Shown one piece after another: positions 51,867-63,625 of a stretch of DNA of 64,000 nt. The stretch lies in assembly GCA_965112155.1 (NCBI GenBank), contig OZ218113.1. One strand, 5' to 3'. The notes below the pieces were generated by a model, which had not been told where the DNA came from, made no database searches, and saw nothing but the letters and a program-made list of their open reading frames with translations. The stretch's first letter is position 1; the number at the start of each line of letters is the position of its first letter. Both the position numbers and the translations under genes were made by a program. Source of the DNA: Podarcis liolepis (taxonomy: Eukaryota).

Positions 51867-54147
51867 TTTACACCTGACAGAGAAACAATTCCTGTAGCCT
51901 TGGTGAACTACAGTTCCCAGGATTCTTTTAGAGAAGCCATGCACTTCAAATGTGCTTGAAACATGCAGCATGGATGTGATCCAAATTGAAACACAATGAA
52001 ATTTACTCCACTTGGAACCTCTATGGCACATCAGCTTCTGAAACCCTACCCTCCGCTTAGGATGGAAGCAGATGACAGCAATCCAAGAAACATTTAAAAA
52101 TGTAAAAATGTCTAAAAATATACAAGCACAAGCCAACTGACAACTAAAATAACCTTAGACCCAATCCAACTGCCAACTGCCATCTTAAATGAAAATGTTC
52201 CTCTGGAAAACACCCATGGCTCTGGTTTTGACAGCTTTCCAAAGGAAGTAAGTTCTACAGTTGGGGAACAAGACCTCTCTTTACAAGCTTTCACTGCTCA
52301 TCATCACCATTCATTTATTTGCAGGGCACTTTCCCACAAGATTCTGCCAAAAGCCACAACAAATCAAATGCAATAAATATAACAAATCCAAAACAAGTAA
52401 TAGGAACAATCACAAATAACCATAGTGTTAAGTAAGGAAATACACATGAAAGTAGCAATCCACAGGATATCGTACACAGCAATACAAATAAGCTGACCAG
52501 ATCCAGCAACTTAAAAACAAAACAAAACAAATTAAAAAAAAACACCTTCTCCACCCTTGTGCCCCAAATCACACCATTATCAAAGAGGTGTGCAAGTTAA
52601 AAACAACTGGATGTGAATGAGACAGAACATACACATTGTTGATGTATTTGGAAACTGCATGGTGCAAGGAACAACTTGTGTGCCATTCAACTGCAAGGCT
52701 TAAATTTTTAATTTGTTGTTTTTTTACACTGGGGGAGATTAAAATGAAAGGCAGGCAGCCATGAGGGAAGGACTATTGCTCTTTGAATGTGTTATCTGTA
52801 GTTGTTCAGGCTTCCAGGAGCTTTGGCTGAAGGTGGATGGAACTCTTTTTTTGGGGGGGGGAGGGTGTTTTGGAGGGGAGGGGGAGTTGCTGTGGCAGAA
52901 CTATATTATGTTGCTCCCTAGGAGGTGAAGCAAAACAATAAAGAACACTTAATCTCTTCTCTAATTCTGCTCTGCGGGGCAGCTCCTTCAGCCAGCAGTA
53001 CCAGGCTCTGTCTACCTGGGAAGGGGTCATTTTCCTTCAGCTTGCCTCCATCCCAGGGAGTGCTGTGTACCCCTGCTGCATCTTTCAATGGCTTTATCAG
53101 AGCTTGCACCAAGTCGAGCGTGAAAAGCAGCTCTGGGCTCAGCAGGCAAGAGGTGGTGTGCGCGTCTGTGAGTGTGTATATGTGTGTGTGTTGTATGGGT
53201 TTGTGGGGTGGGGGAGAGAGGGAGAGACCGCAGGAGGAAATGTTATTCTGTCCTTTGTCTTTTCAACAATTTCTCTCCCTCTCTCTCTCTCTCTTTTAAT
53301 GCAACTTGCAGGGAAACGTATAATTAGGGGTCTTGCCGAGCAGGCTTAAACTCAGGAGTAACCCTTCTAAGGACCTCAGCAATGGATAATCAGGTGCGCG
53401 GCTGTGGGGCTCAGCACGCCTCCCCACCCGCAGAGCATCTCGGCCTCGTAATTAGAAGCCTCCACACTCCGCTGCATAAAGGCAGATTGCGACGACAGCG
53501 TGAAGTCCTTGTTTGAAGCTTGGGGGCACTAGGATTTCTGCTGCCTGTGATGGAGAGAAACAAAGAGACTCCAGCACAAATGGAAAGCTTTCAGCAGCCT
53601 CAGAAATACTTGGCAGTGAGGATGTCAATTTTTTTTAAAGGGGTGCTCTTTGGAGGACCAAAGATCGCGCACGTTTGCTTCCTTCCGTTCTAAATTCCTT
53701 CACAGCCTGTTAAAAAAGGGGATGCCACTCTTCAAACCCCCCCTTTTTTTAACCAGGGCAAAAAATCATCCCCCCCACCTCCACACTGTTCCAACCAGAT
53801 ATCATATCCATCTCTTAATTCCTAGAGAATGAGGAAAGCATCCACACATTTCTGGCAAAGCCTAGAGAAACTCTCTTTTGCTCACCAAAAGATTTAAGAA
53901 CCAGAAAATCTCTGGGAAACTGCTTTGAGGCTTTCAGCCATGTTTTTTTTAAACCAAGTGAGGAAAACCTGCCAATCCATGAACTTCAGGGAAATTCTGG
54001 GAGCCCAGCTAGAAGAGATATTTTGTTGGCCTGCACTGATGCTGCAAATATGCATGTTTTAGACAATTTCCTGGCTCACTCCTTACACATGATTCTACTA
54101 AGCAAGTAAAGGTGCCAAACACTGGAAGCACCTCTGATAAACGGGAA

Positions 54148-54332
54148 GGTCCATAGTTAAAAGGTAGAGTATCTGCTTGGTGTGCGCAAGGGTCTGGGCT
54201 CAATCCCCAGCACCTCTAGGTTGGCTGGGAATGTCCTCATTCTGAAACCTGGGACAGCTCCTACCAGCCAGTGCAGACAACACTGAACTAGATGGACCAA
54301 TGGTCAGTACAAAGCGCCTTTCTATGTTCCTA
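54148..54332 (+). mobile_element. tRNA-derived squamate SINE (Squam3-like)
   Basis: ggtagagtatctgct..gggctcaatccccagcacctc head and ctagatggaccaatggtc..tttctatgttccta tail. Confidence 0.75.
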
Positions 54333-54603
54333 AATACTTCCTGTAGAATGTTCCCTGTTCATGATTCCCAACACTCCATTCCATTTCTGCCCCAGCCCTA
54401 AAACCAGTCAGGATTCCATATCTGCTGAGCGTGTTCAGTCTTCATAGTGCTGCTCCAATGTTGCTCACCCACATTCCAAGGGCTTTTCGCCTCTCTATCT
54501 CTCTGCCCATCACAAGCCTTGGTGTCCTGTCCCCCCCCCCCGAGTCTGCTGATACCTCTCCATCTTGGGTATTAATGGTGTTGCTTTGCCTACAAGAAGG
54601 CTA

Positions 54604-54770
54604 GCATTCAGGACAGACCAAAGGGAAACCAAGCTTCTCCACACAGTCCATAGTTAAAACTATGGCATTCACTCCCACAAGATGCAGTGATGGGCACCAA
54701 GAGGGATGGCTTTAAAAGAGGATTAGACACATTCATGGAGCTAAAGGCTGGCAACGGCTACTAGCCATGA
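54604..54770 (+). mobile_element. CR1 LINE ORF2 C-terminus
   Basis: LWHSLPQDAVMGTKRDGFKRGLDTFMELKAGNGY*, the typical CR1 ORF2 end. Confidence 0.8.
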
Positions 54771-54985
54771 GTATCACTTGATGGGATATTCACTGTGAGA
54801 ACAGAATGTTGACCTATGACAGGTATTGGGCAGCGTTCAAAATCTCCCAGGCGCCAGGTGCATTTTGCAACTGACACAGGTCCAACTGCAACCACATGGA
54901 GATCTCTGGATGGCAACTAACATCTCCACCTGGCTGGCCTCTCCAGCTTTTTTAGGCAGGTAAGCAGAAGAGCTTATTTCCCGCA

Positions 54986-55176
54986 TTTATATCCCACCTT
55001 TCCCTGCAAGTAGTACATGGTTCACACACACCCCTCAGTTAATCCCTACAACAACCCTCTGAGGTAGGTTAAGAGGCTGTGACAGACTCCAAGGTCACCC
55101 AGTTAGCTTCATGACTGAGTGGAGATTTGAACCCTGATCTCCCAGGTCCTACTCTAACCACTGCACCACACTGGCT
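54986..55176 (-). mobile_element. MIR/CORE-like SINE
   Basis: acaacaaccctctgaggtagg..ccaaggtcacccag..gagatttgaacc..ctaaccactgcaccacactgg. Weaker copies at about 9560-9690 and 47215-47285. Confidence 0.7.
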
Positions 55177-55548
55177 GCCTTGAGTACTTCTGCTATGGGG
55201 CAGTTATATAAATTAAGTAGGTAAATAAAGGTAGGGAAAGCAAAATGTCACTTAAGAGACGGATCTGAAATATTTTCTTTGAAGCTTGAATTTGTTTTAT
55301 TTGATGTATTAAAGCATTGTAAACTGCTCTGACTTGTTTTTTCTTCAAAATACAAAGTGGTGTTGAAATGAAATGAATGAAAACAACAACTTTAATTGTA
55401 AAAAATGGCACCTAAACATTCTGTTGTGGCTACCATGACCTAGGTTTAAGGTGCCATTTGGCGGTTAGCTTATATATCTGATTTTCTAGCAATGGACTCT
55501 TTGGCCAGATCCAGCAAGGCTCTTCTCAGGTTCCTAAAACTTCAATTA

Positions 55549-55775
55549 CAGTGGTACCTCGTGTTACAGACGCTTCAGGTTACAGACTCTGCTAACCCAG
55601 AAATATTACCTCTGGTTAAGAACTTTGCTTCAGGATGAGAACAGAAATCGTGCGACGGCGGTGCGGCAGCAGCGGGGGGCACCATTAGCTAAAGTGGTGC
55701 TTCAGGTTAAGAACAGTTTCAGGTTAAGAACGGACCTCTGGAACAAATTAAGTACTTAACCCAAGGCACTACTAG
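55549..55775. mobile_element. Tc1/mariner-pogo type MITE (GGTTAAGAAC-repeat family)
   Basis: TA|cagtggtacctc..., repeated caggttaagaac / caggttacagac motifs, degenerate right TIR aaggcactactag|TA. Confidence 0.85.
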
Positions 55776-56552
55776 TATATAGAATAATGTTTTCATTCTG
55801 CAGCCAAATCCTCAGCCCAAGGCCCCATCTAAGGCTGCTCAAAGGCCTTCAGCCCAGTATATTTTAAAAAAAGGAAAAGTCTTTGGCTCACTTAGGATTC
55901 ATTTCAGACAGAGCGACGAGTATAAGCCGGCAGGCAAAGCTAGTGGAAACCCCGAAGGACAAACAATGAAAGAAATATGGCAAGGGCCACAAGAGGCACG
56001 ACTGGGTCTTTCCAGGCGGTGAAAGCAGCCTCTCAGAAACATGAGGAAAGCTTGCCATTCTGAAGTGTTGTGTGCTTTTCTCACTTGGCATGAAATTGCT
56101 GGGTTATTTCCTTGGTATGTGAAAAGGAAATTGAAGGTAGAGCCTGGGTGGCTTTGCAGGGGACATCTGCAATGTGTCTGGCCAATTCCCAAATTCAAGC
56201 TCTTGTGAATACCCATTTGTAGATATTTAAAGCCTAGGAAGATCATTAAGCAAGCTAATAGAGCCACTAGCAAGGGAGTGCTAACTTAGACTCGCTAATG
56301 TGTCTCATTCCTGAATAATGAAAGGGCAAAAGTATCCACAGACGCCTATCTGGCTACCACTGAAATTGCTATCACAGGGGAAAGTGCAATTTGAGTCTGC
56401 TCCCCAGCCTCCCTCTTTCCTCTTGACTACCACAAGGCTACAATACAAGAGAGCTATTCTCAACTCTATTTCTTATTCTGCCTTCATTGCACATATTCTC
56501 TCTCTCTCTCTTGCTGACATTTTGCATTCATAGCTTGACTCCTGCAATCAAA

Positions 56553-56790
56553 CACATAAGAATAAAAGAAGAGCCTGGCTACATCAGACCAAGTGGTTCA
56601 TCTAGCCCGGCATTGTGTTTTCCACAGTGCTCAGCCAGATGCCTCTGCAAAGCCCACAGAGCATGAAGGCAGGACCACCAGCCCCCTGCTGGCTGCTGAA
56701 GCTGATCACATGATCAAGCTATATTCCATGAATTTGCCTAATCTCCTTTTAGAGCCTTCTAAACTAATGGTTAAAGCCATATCTTGCAAA
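56553..56790 (-). mobile_element. CR1 LINE 3' end
   Basis: acataagaataaaagaagagcc..catctagcccggcatt..ccagatgcc..tccatgaatttgcctaatctccttttagagcc, antisense of GFKRGLDKFME plus the 3' UTR. Confidence 0.7.
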
Positions 56791-57175
56791 GGGATATGCA
56801 TGCATGACAACATGAAAGGGGAGCCATCCCATCTGCACCCTTGAAATTCCAAATCAATGGCAGGGATCACTCTATCTGGCCCCTGGGACTCTCTATCTGG
56901 CCCTTGGGATTATCCCTAGGTCATATCACCCCTCTCCCCAGGCGGCATCCCTCTCCAGCACACGCTCCTTGAGAGCATTTATTCATTCAATTCCATTCCT
57001 CATTAGACAAGATCCCAGATAGGTGCATATGGTAAAACAGAGTTAATAATAAATAATCATTAACATACAAAACTCTTCCATACGAAATCATGATCCTAAC
57101 ACTGTTTATAGTTTTCTCTGTTGCTTTCACCTGGGGAAATAAATAAATGCACTGCAGACATCTTATCCATTAGAC

Positions 57176-57312
57176 CACTGGTTTTCAACTGGTGCATCGC
57201 AACACGAGCACTACCACCAAGCAAATACATGGTAAAAGATTAAGAAATGGGTCCTCAAATGCCCGTTTGGGTTAAAAGTGGGTCCTGTGTCTGAAAAAGT
57301 TGAAGACACTTG
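57176..57312. mobile_element. hAT (Buster/Charlie-type) MITE
   Basis: cactggttttcaac ... gttgaagacacttg. TSD cattagac / cattagaa (7/8). Confidence 0.7.
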
Positions 57313-57458
57313 CATTAGAAGCAGCTTACTCTGGCACAGAGGCCAGATTTTCCCTGGCTGGAATGTGTGCTTGAACTGCAAAACAATGATTCCCATTTGC
57401 TTGGATGGAGGGGTTTGCATGCGCAAACATACATGCACCTGTTCAGAATTTTGCATTA

Positions 57459-57719
57459 CAGTGGTGCCTCGCAAGACGAAATTAATCCGTTCCGCGAGTC
57501 TCTTCGTCTTGCGGTTTTTTTGTCTTGCGAAGCACGGCTATTAGCGGCTTAGCGGCTTTAAGAAAAAGGAAACAAACTCGCAAGAACTCGCAAGACGTTT
57601 CGTCTTGCGAAGCAAGCCCATAGGGAAATTCGTCTTGCGGAACGACTCAAAAAACAGAAAACTCTTTCGTCTAGCGAGTTTTTCGTCTTGCGAGGCATTC
57701 GTCTTGTGGGGCACCACTG
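57459..57719 (+). mobile_element. Tc1/mariner-pogo type MITE (CGTCTTGCG-repeat family), complete
   Basis: TA|cagtggtgcctcgcaagacgaa ... ttcgtcttgtggggcaccactg|TA. Confidence 0.93.
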
Positions 57720-57860
57720 TACTGTACCAAAGGGTAAGAGACACATTAGTTGAGTTGTCCATTTCCACCTCTGGACCTGCCTACCACTAGCGTCTTTTCC
57801 TGGAAGGTATCCCATGGGGAAATATAGGCCAGGAGTAGAATAAAATATGCAATTCCATTC

Positions 57861-58206
57861 CAGGAATGAGGAACATTTTTTTGCAGCCCAAGGGCCACAG
57901 TCTCTCCTGGGTAACCTTCTGGGAGCCGCATGCCAGCTGTGGGCATGACCAGAAATAAAAACACGTGTGGCGCAACAGGTGCATCTCTTCACTTCTGCTA
58001 CAGTAGGCTGCATCCAGCGGTTTCTAAACACAACTTTTCACCATCCAAGCAAGCATTATCACAGTGTGAGGACACATTTCAGCCAGGCAAGCACTCAAGG
58101 AGGAGGTGGAGCAGGACCTATGAGGGGTGTGGAAGAGTCCCAAGGGCCAGACAAAAATGACTTGGGGGCCGCATTTGGCCTCTAGGCCTGAGGTTCTCCA
58201 ACTTTG
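57861..58206. mobile_element. Old hAT-Charlie-like MITE
   Basis: caggaatgaggaac..cagcccaagggccac ... gggggccgcatttggcctctaggcctgaggttctcca. No clear TSD. Confidence 0.5.
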
Positions 58207-59533
58207 TTCTGCTCTATGGAGACTCATTGATCCCCAACCTACACACACTGGTTTCAATTTACTTGAACAGGTAGCCTTTCTCTACCCACGTTCCCACTTT
58301 TCAACATTGCTTCTGTATCAATAAAGGCAAGCAATGCCAAATTAAAAACCACAATACGGAACTTTGTGAACCTCTCCAGATGAATTGGAGCCGGCAAGCA
58401 TCCCAGATGGCTTATAAAGATGCAAGTTCAAGCTTTCTCCTGTGCTGTCTTCTCCTTCAGCTAAGTGTGTGTCGCTTGTAAAAAAACGACTTAATAATTA
58501 ATTTTTTTTTTTATTACGTAATAGCTCTGCAGAGCTCATATTTTCCCCCATTCCCATCTCTGTTTCCTTCCCCCTCTATAGAATTCTTGCTATAATTCGC
58601 AGCATTAAAGAAATATAGTCATTAGAATAGTTTCCCAAGAATTTCCATACAAGGCCTGACCATGGTAGTGACATCAGGGCAGGAGTTTGGGGCAGGAAGC
58701 CAAGGCGACACTCAGCAAGAGGGTTCCCAAACACAGCAGGGTGAGCTTACCATAACTGAAGTAATATGCATTACCACACATTGCTCTGGCCCATAAGACC
58801 ACTGTCCAGAGTCTAAAATTACATAATTGCACCACTAATTCACCTCAGCTATGATGCTGCATCCCCTTAGCTTAGTTTATGAGACCAGATAAATTACAAA
58901 TATTGTCAGCCAGCACAAGGGTTCCTGCGTTAGTGGATAGATGAGTTTGTTGTGCAGCAGAGGAATCCAGCACATCAATTGCACTAGTGGAAATGTGTTG
59001 TGCAACTAAGTTAGCAGCAACCTGTGTATACATTTTCTTTCACAACAGCGTTCTGCTGGTGGCAAAAGGTTTATCCAGCAGAACACTAAATGACTAACTT
59101 AGCACAACAATGGAGACAACCCAGAGTAATCTGTCCTCTTCCATTAACATGCTTCTTTGGATGGTCACAGGCTATCTAGAGATCAAATTGCCATCTTGGA
59201 AAGTGGCAACTCATGGTCTTAAGAGATTTTGCCTCATTTGACACTGACAAGAAGTGTTTTTCCCCCCTGTGGTTTCATTTAAACGGAGCTTTCCTATTAC
59301 CATCAGGGGAAAGTGTGCTTATTATAGGATGGAGATGTGGAACCACCATGTTGTTCCATTGGCCTTGCTAAAATGTCCCCCACCTGCTCTCACTGCTTTT
59401 GTCATTGAAGTCAATGCCAGAAAATGGGTACGCAACCTGGTCCACTCTGGATGTTGCTGGACTGCAACTCCCACCAACTGCTGACAGCATGGCTATGCTG
59501 GCTTGGGCTATGTGAATTGCAGCCCAACAACGT

Positions 59534-59828
59534 GAAATCAGCCCTGAGTGCTCACTGGAAGGACAGATCCTGAAGCTGAAGCTCCAATACTTTGGCCACC
59601 TCATGAGAAGAGAAGACTCCCTGGAAAAGACCCTGATGTTGGGAAAGATGGAGGGCAAAAGGAGAAGGGGACGACAGAGGAAGAGATGGTTGGACAGTGT
59701 TCTCGAAGCTACCAGCATGAGTTTGACCAAACTGTGGGAGGCAGTGGAAGACAGGAGTGCCTGGTGTGCTCTGGTCCATGGGGTCACGAAGAGTCGGACA
59801 CAACTAAACGACTAAACAACAAACAACA
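59534..59828 (+). mobile_element. RTE-BovB LINE 3' end, nested in a MER5-like MITE (about 59425-59861)
   Basis: Open frame EISPECSLEGQILKLKLQYFGHLMRREDSLEKTLMLGKMEGKRRRGRQRKRWLD...VHGVTKSRTQLND*, with an (ACTAAAC)/(AAC) tail. Confidence 0.95.
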
Positions 59829-59887
59829 CACATCTGGATGGTACCAGGTTGCTTGCTCTTGCCCCAAAGCCTCCTGCTGTTGAAAAA

Positions 59888-60072
59888 GGGCTGAAGATCA
59901 GTGGTACAGCATCTGCTTTTCACACAGGAGGTCCCCGTTTCAATCAAAGAAATCTCCAGGTAAGGCTGTATCCTGTCTGAAACTCCTAAGAGCCACTCTA
60001 ATCGGTGTGGACAATGCTGAGTTAGATGGACCAATGGTCTGACTCAGTATAAGGCAGCTTTCTATATTTCTA
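59888..60072 (+). mobile_element. tRNA-derived squamate SINE (Squam3-like)
   Basis: tcagtggtacagcatctgcttt..ttcaatc head and agatggaccaatggtctgactcagtataaggcagctttcta tail. Confidence 0.75.
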
Positions 60073-62183
60073 ACATCCTGATCAGAGTTGAAATTATTGT
60101 TAATTTAATCTAGAGTATGATCCCCCTCCTTCCTGGTGATCACCAGGGTTCTGTTTTACGTTTAAGGGCAGATTTTGACTGATGACAGCCTCTCCTTGAG
60201 AACTGGGGTTGGGGGTGTTCTGTGCCCTTTTGCCAGTCACTGCACTTGCAGGGATGATGCACTTAAAAAACAAAGCACCATTCCTTTTTCGATGGGGAAA
60301 TAAATCCTGCCTCCCATTCATCATTCAAATGATGGCGATTAAGAGAGGCTCATAATTTCAAGGGAGGGCAGACTTTTAGATGACAACAAAAGCCAAGCAC
60401 AAGACATTAGAGAAGGCAATGTTCCACATTTCAGAACACAGCATGCCATTTTCCTCTAGCAAATCTCTCATGGTCGTATCCCTGCAATTTTTTCTTTTAA
60501 TATATTTCAAACTGCTGAGAGCCGCATGCCTGCTGCTGATGTCTGATGCAGCGTAAGAAAACGAGATGGGAAAACGAGAGGGATAGAAGTCCTTAGTGAG
60601 GAAACGTTCAAAACAAGAGGTGTCTTATCAACAATCCCAAGGCCTATTCAGAAAGCCCACAGCTAAGTTGCTTGAGGGTGGGCGGCAGGACCAAGCAGTA
60701 ACTTCCGACTCATCTGCTTTTCTGGACACCCTGGGGACCGCACCACAGCAGACTACAATTTCTAGTAAATATATCCCAGGGACATAATTAGTTTTTCAGC
60801 TGGGGGCATGATAAATTGGGCATGCATAATTCAAGGCCAGAGCAGGCTGGAATATAAACTGTTCCATGACAGCTTCCAACTCCCCAACAGGAGAACGTAA
60901 ACCGAACTCTCTGGCAAGCAAAGTTGATGGACGCAGCTAATACCGCGGGTTTCATTTTACAACTCAGCTTTTTCCTTTTGTCGACCTAAGTGCACAATAC
61001 ATCTCCCTCTATACTACTCTCTCTTCACTTCCTCTACAAACAGAGTGGAGCCCTAATCCTCCCCACAACATAACCTCTCCCTCCTTCATATCTGCCTTTT
61101 ACTTGTTTTTTAAGCTGAAGTCAAACCACGAGGCTTAAAAAAAACACCTCACGGATTCATCTCCCCATCTGAAAACCTGCATTTGTGGCCCTGGACTTGG
61201 TTAATGTTTGTTTCAGGAATCCTGGGGGAGTTTAAAGGACAAAACTTAATTTAGAATAAGAAGGGGCTTGTGGCTTGACTTGCTTACATAAATCCTTGGT
61301 GCTACGACTGAACACTTCTGTATTGTCATTGTGACATTTCTGTACTTTGGGTTCTATCTAATGTTAGTTCTACTCTGAGCACACCCATTCAAATTCATGG
61401 ACATGGCTAACTTTAGATCCATTAATTTGAATAGTACTCTAGAACTTAGTTGGATGCAACCTTTTGGTTCCAGTCTTTGTGGGTATTCAGTACACCATGA
61501 GTGCCTTCAAAAGTGAATTACATGAAGGAAAGCACCATGAAATTAGTGTTGGAATTCTGCCTGGGTCAGAGGAATGTGCCACAGCGTAGGCACCGGCAGA
61601 TATTCCTGTCGACCTCCCCGCGTCTCCACTCTGCTGATAAGCAGGCGAGGTCCCGGCGATTCATCTCAGATGTGTGAGAGGAACACACCGTTCTTCCTCT
61701 CCCCCCTTTGGTGTCCCCCAGGGAGGGGAAAGAAGCAGACAGAAAACTATTTACATCTTTTATTTCTGTCTCTCATATCAGTACAGAGAAACATGTCTGC
61801 ACTCGACAACAGCAAGAAGAAACTCCACCCATATACTTCCAGTACGGGTCATATGACACACACACTGAGCTAACATCCGGTGCTCAGTACAGAATGAACT
61901 GCCCCTTTGTTCCCATGGCAACAGTCACAAACATCCTGTCTGGCTTTCCAGCCACAAGCAGCTGACTGAGCTGCTGGAGCCTTTGCTTGCTGCAGCATTG
62001 GTGCTTTATGGTAACAATTAGATGGACACATTGCTGGCCTTGTCCTCACTGTACATCAGGTAGTATCCAATGCTAGTCTTACTCAGAGTAGACTCACTGA
62101 AGTTAATGGGCATTACTAACTGATGTTCATTAATTTCAGCGGCTTTACTCTTGGATACAAGCCATGGGCATAGACTGCCTGTA

Positions 62184-62450
62184 CAGTGGTACCTCTACTT
62201 ATGGACGCGATCCGTTCCGGGGTGCTGTTTGCACCCCAAAAAGTCCGTAAGTAGAGCGCTGCTTCTGTGCATGACGCAATAGAGTGCTCCTGTGCACGCA
62301 CGAAGTGCGCAGAGCACTCCTTCACATGCGTGAAGCACGCAGAACACTTCTGCACATGTGGTGAAACCTGGAAGTATACACTTCCGGGTTTGCCATGTTC
62401 GCAACCCAAAAATCTGCAACCTGAACCTAACGCAACTAGAGTTATGACTG
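62184..62450. mobile_element. Tc1/mariner-pogo type MITE with internal ~30-bp tandem units
   Basis: TA|cagtggtacctcta ... tagagttatgactg|TA. Confidence 0.82.
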
Positions 62451-62738
62451 TACAGGGGAAGCCTACACAACAGCAGTTTACATGCAGGCTTTTCTTAAGC
62501 AGACAGTCCACATTGTAAGAAAAGCCCTGCTGGAACATCCCCAGGGTCCATCTAGTCCAGCTTCCTCTTCTCACAGTGGCCAACCTGATGTCAATGGGAA
62601 GCCCACAATCAGAACAGGTGCACAACAGCACAACTCCCACATACTCACTTATGCTCCCCAGAAACCAAAGGCAGATACTAAACAATCATTATGACTAGTA
62701 GCCATTGATAGCCCTATCCTTCATGAATTTGTCTAATC

Positions 62739-63625
62739 CAGTGTTTCCCAACCGGTGTTCCGCGGCACACTAGTGTGCCGTGAGACACCGGCTGGTGTGC
62801 CGTGGGAGGGAGGCGGGCGAGTCGGGCGGCGAGAGGCGGGGCGGCGGCGGCGAGCACACGCGGGGCGGCGAGCGAGCGAGCTCCCACATCCCATCGCCGC
62901 TCGCTTCGGCCGGCCTACTGGAGGAAGGCGCGAAAACCCGGCGGGCTTTTGGGTGGGCGCCAAGCAAGAAAGGCGGGAAGGCTCTGGTCCCTCCCCTCCC
63001 GGCGGGGCTCCCGCACGCACCTTTCTGCGCCGCCGCGTCCCGCCTGAGCAGCAACAGGAGGAGGAGGAGGGAGGCCAGCGCCGGCCGGGTCCCCCGGGGG
63101 AGCGGGCGCTCCGGGCTGCTCACCATACCCCGCGTCTCGGGCGCAGCAGCCGGCAGTCCGAATGCATCCCGAGCCGCGCTGCTCTCGCCTTGCCTCCTTC
63201 TTCGCGCCTCCTCCCGGCTCGCGCGCCGTCCCTGCGCGGATCCGTCCAGCCTCCGGCCGCCGCCGCCGCCCCCTCCTCTTCCTCTCCTTCCCCCACCCAC
63301 CAACCCGCACGGCGCGCTCCCACCGCCCCCGATGGGCGCAACCACTTCCGGGTCCGCTGCAGCCGCCCCTTCCCCGCCTCCGGCAGCCGAAAGTCCCCCA
63401 GCGGAGCCCGTCTGGCCGCTCCCCCCGCTCCCTGCCCACCTCCCGGTTTTGAGGCGCCCTCTTTCGTTGCTTCGCGGGGAGGGAAAAAACTTTGACTTTT
63501 GTGCGTCCCTCCCGGCGTGACGCTGCGCGCTGACGTCACGGGGCGGGGCTTTAATGGTGGTGTGCCGCGAGATTTTTTTCCGGTAAACAGGTGTGCCGTT
63601 GCCCAAAAACGTTTGGGAAACACTG
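62739..63625. mobile_element. Non-autonomous hAT (Buster/Charlie-type) element with CpG-island cargo
   Basis: Perfect 13-bp TIRs cagtgtttcccaa / ttgggaaacactg. Perfect TSD gtctaatc at 62731-62738 and 63626-63633. gtgtgccg subterminal repeats at both ends. Confidence 0.95.
62805..63550 (-). promoter_or_regulatory. CpG island with promoter-like motifs, inside the hAT element
   Basis: Very GC- and CpG-dense. GC box ggggcggggc at 63540-63549, CRE tgacgtca at 63531-63538, ETS CCGGAAGTG (minus) at 63343-63351, ATG|GTGAGC (minus) at 63126-63118. Confidence 0.6.

Noticed and set aside
55665-55685. CTCF site gcagcggggggcacc
   Set aside because: Mismatches at core positions and located inside a MITE. 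It cannot be supported without a matrix scan or ChIP data.
62116-62685. 189-aa minus-strand ORF
   Set aside because: It runs through a CR1 3' UTR and a MITE and has no protein-like features.
62733-63623. Long overlapping ORFs of 167-278 aa on both strands
   Set aside because: Low-complexity Arg/Gly/Pro/Ala translations open in nearly all frames because GC-rich DNA lacks stops. They cross the transposon ends and show no domain.
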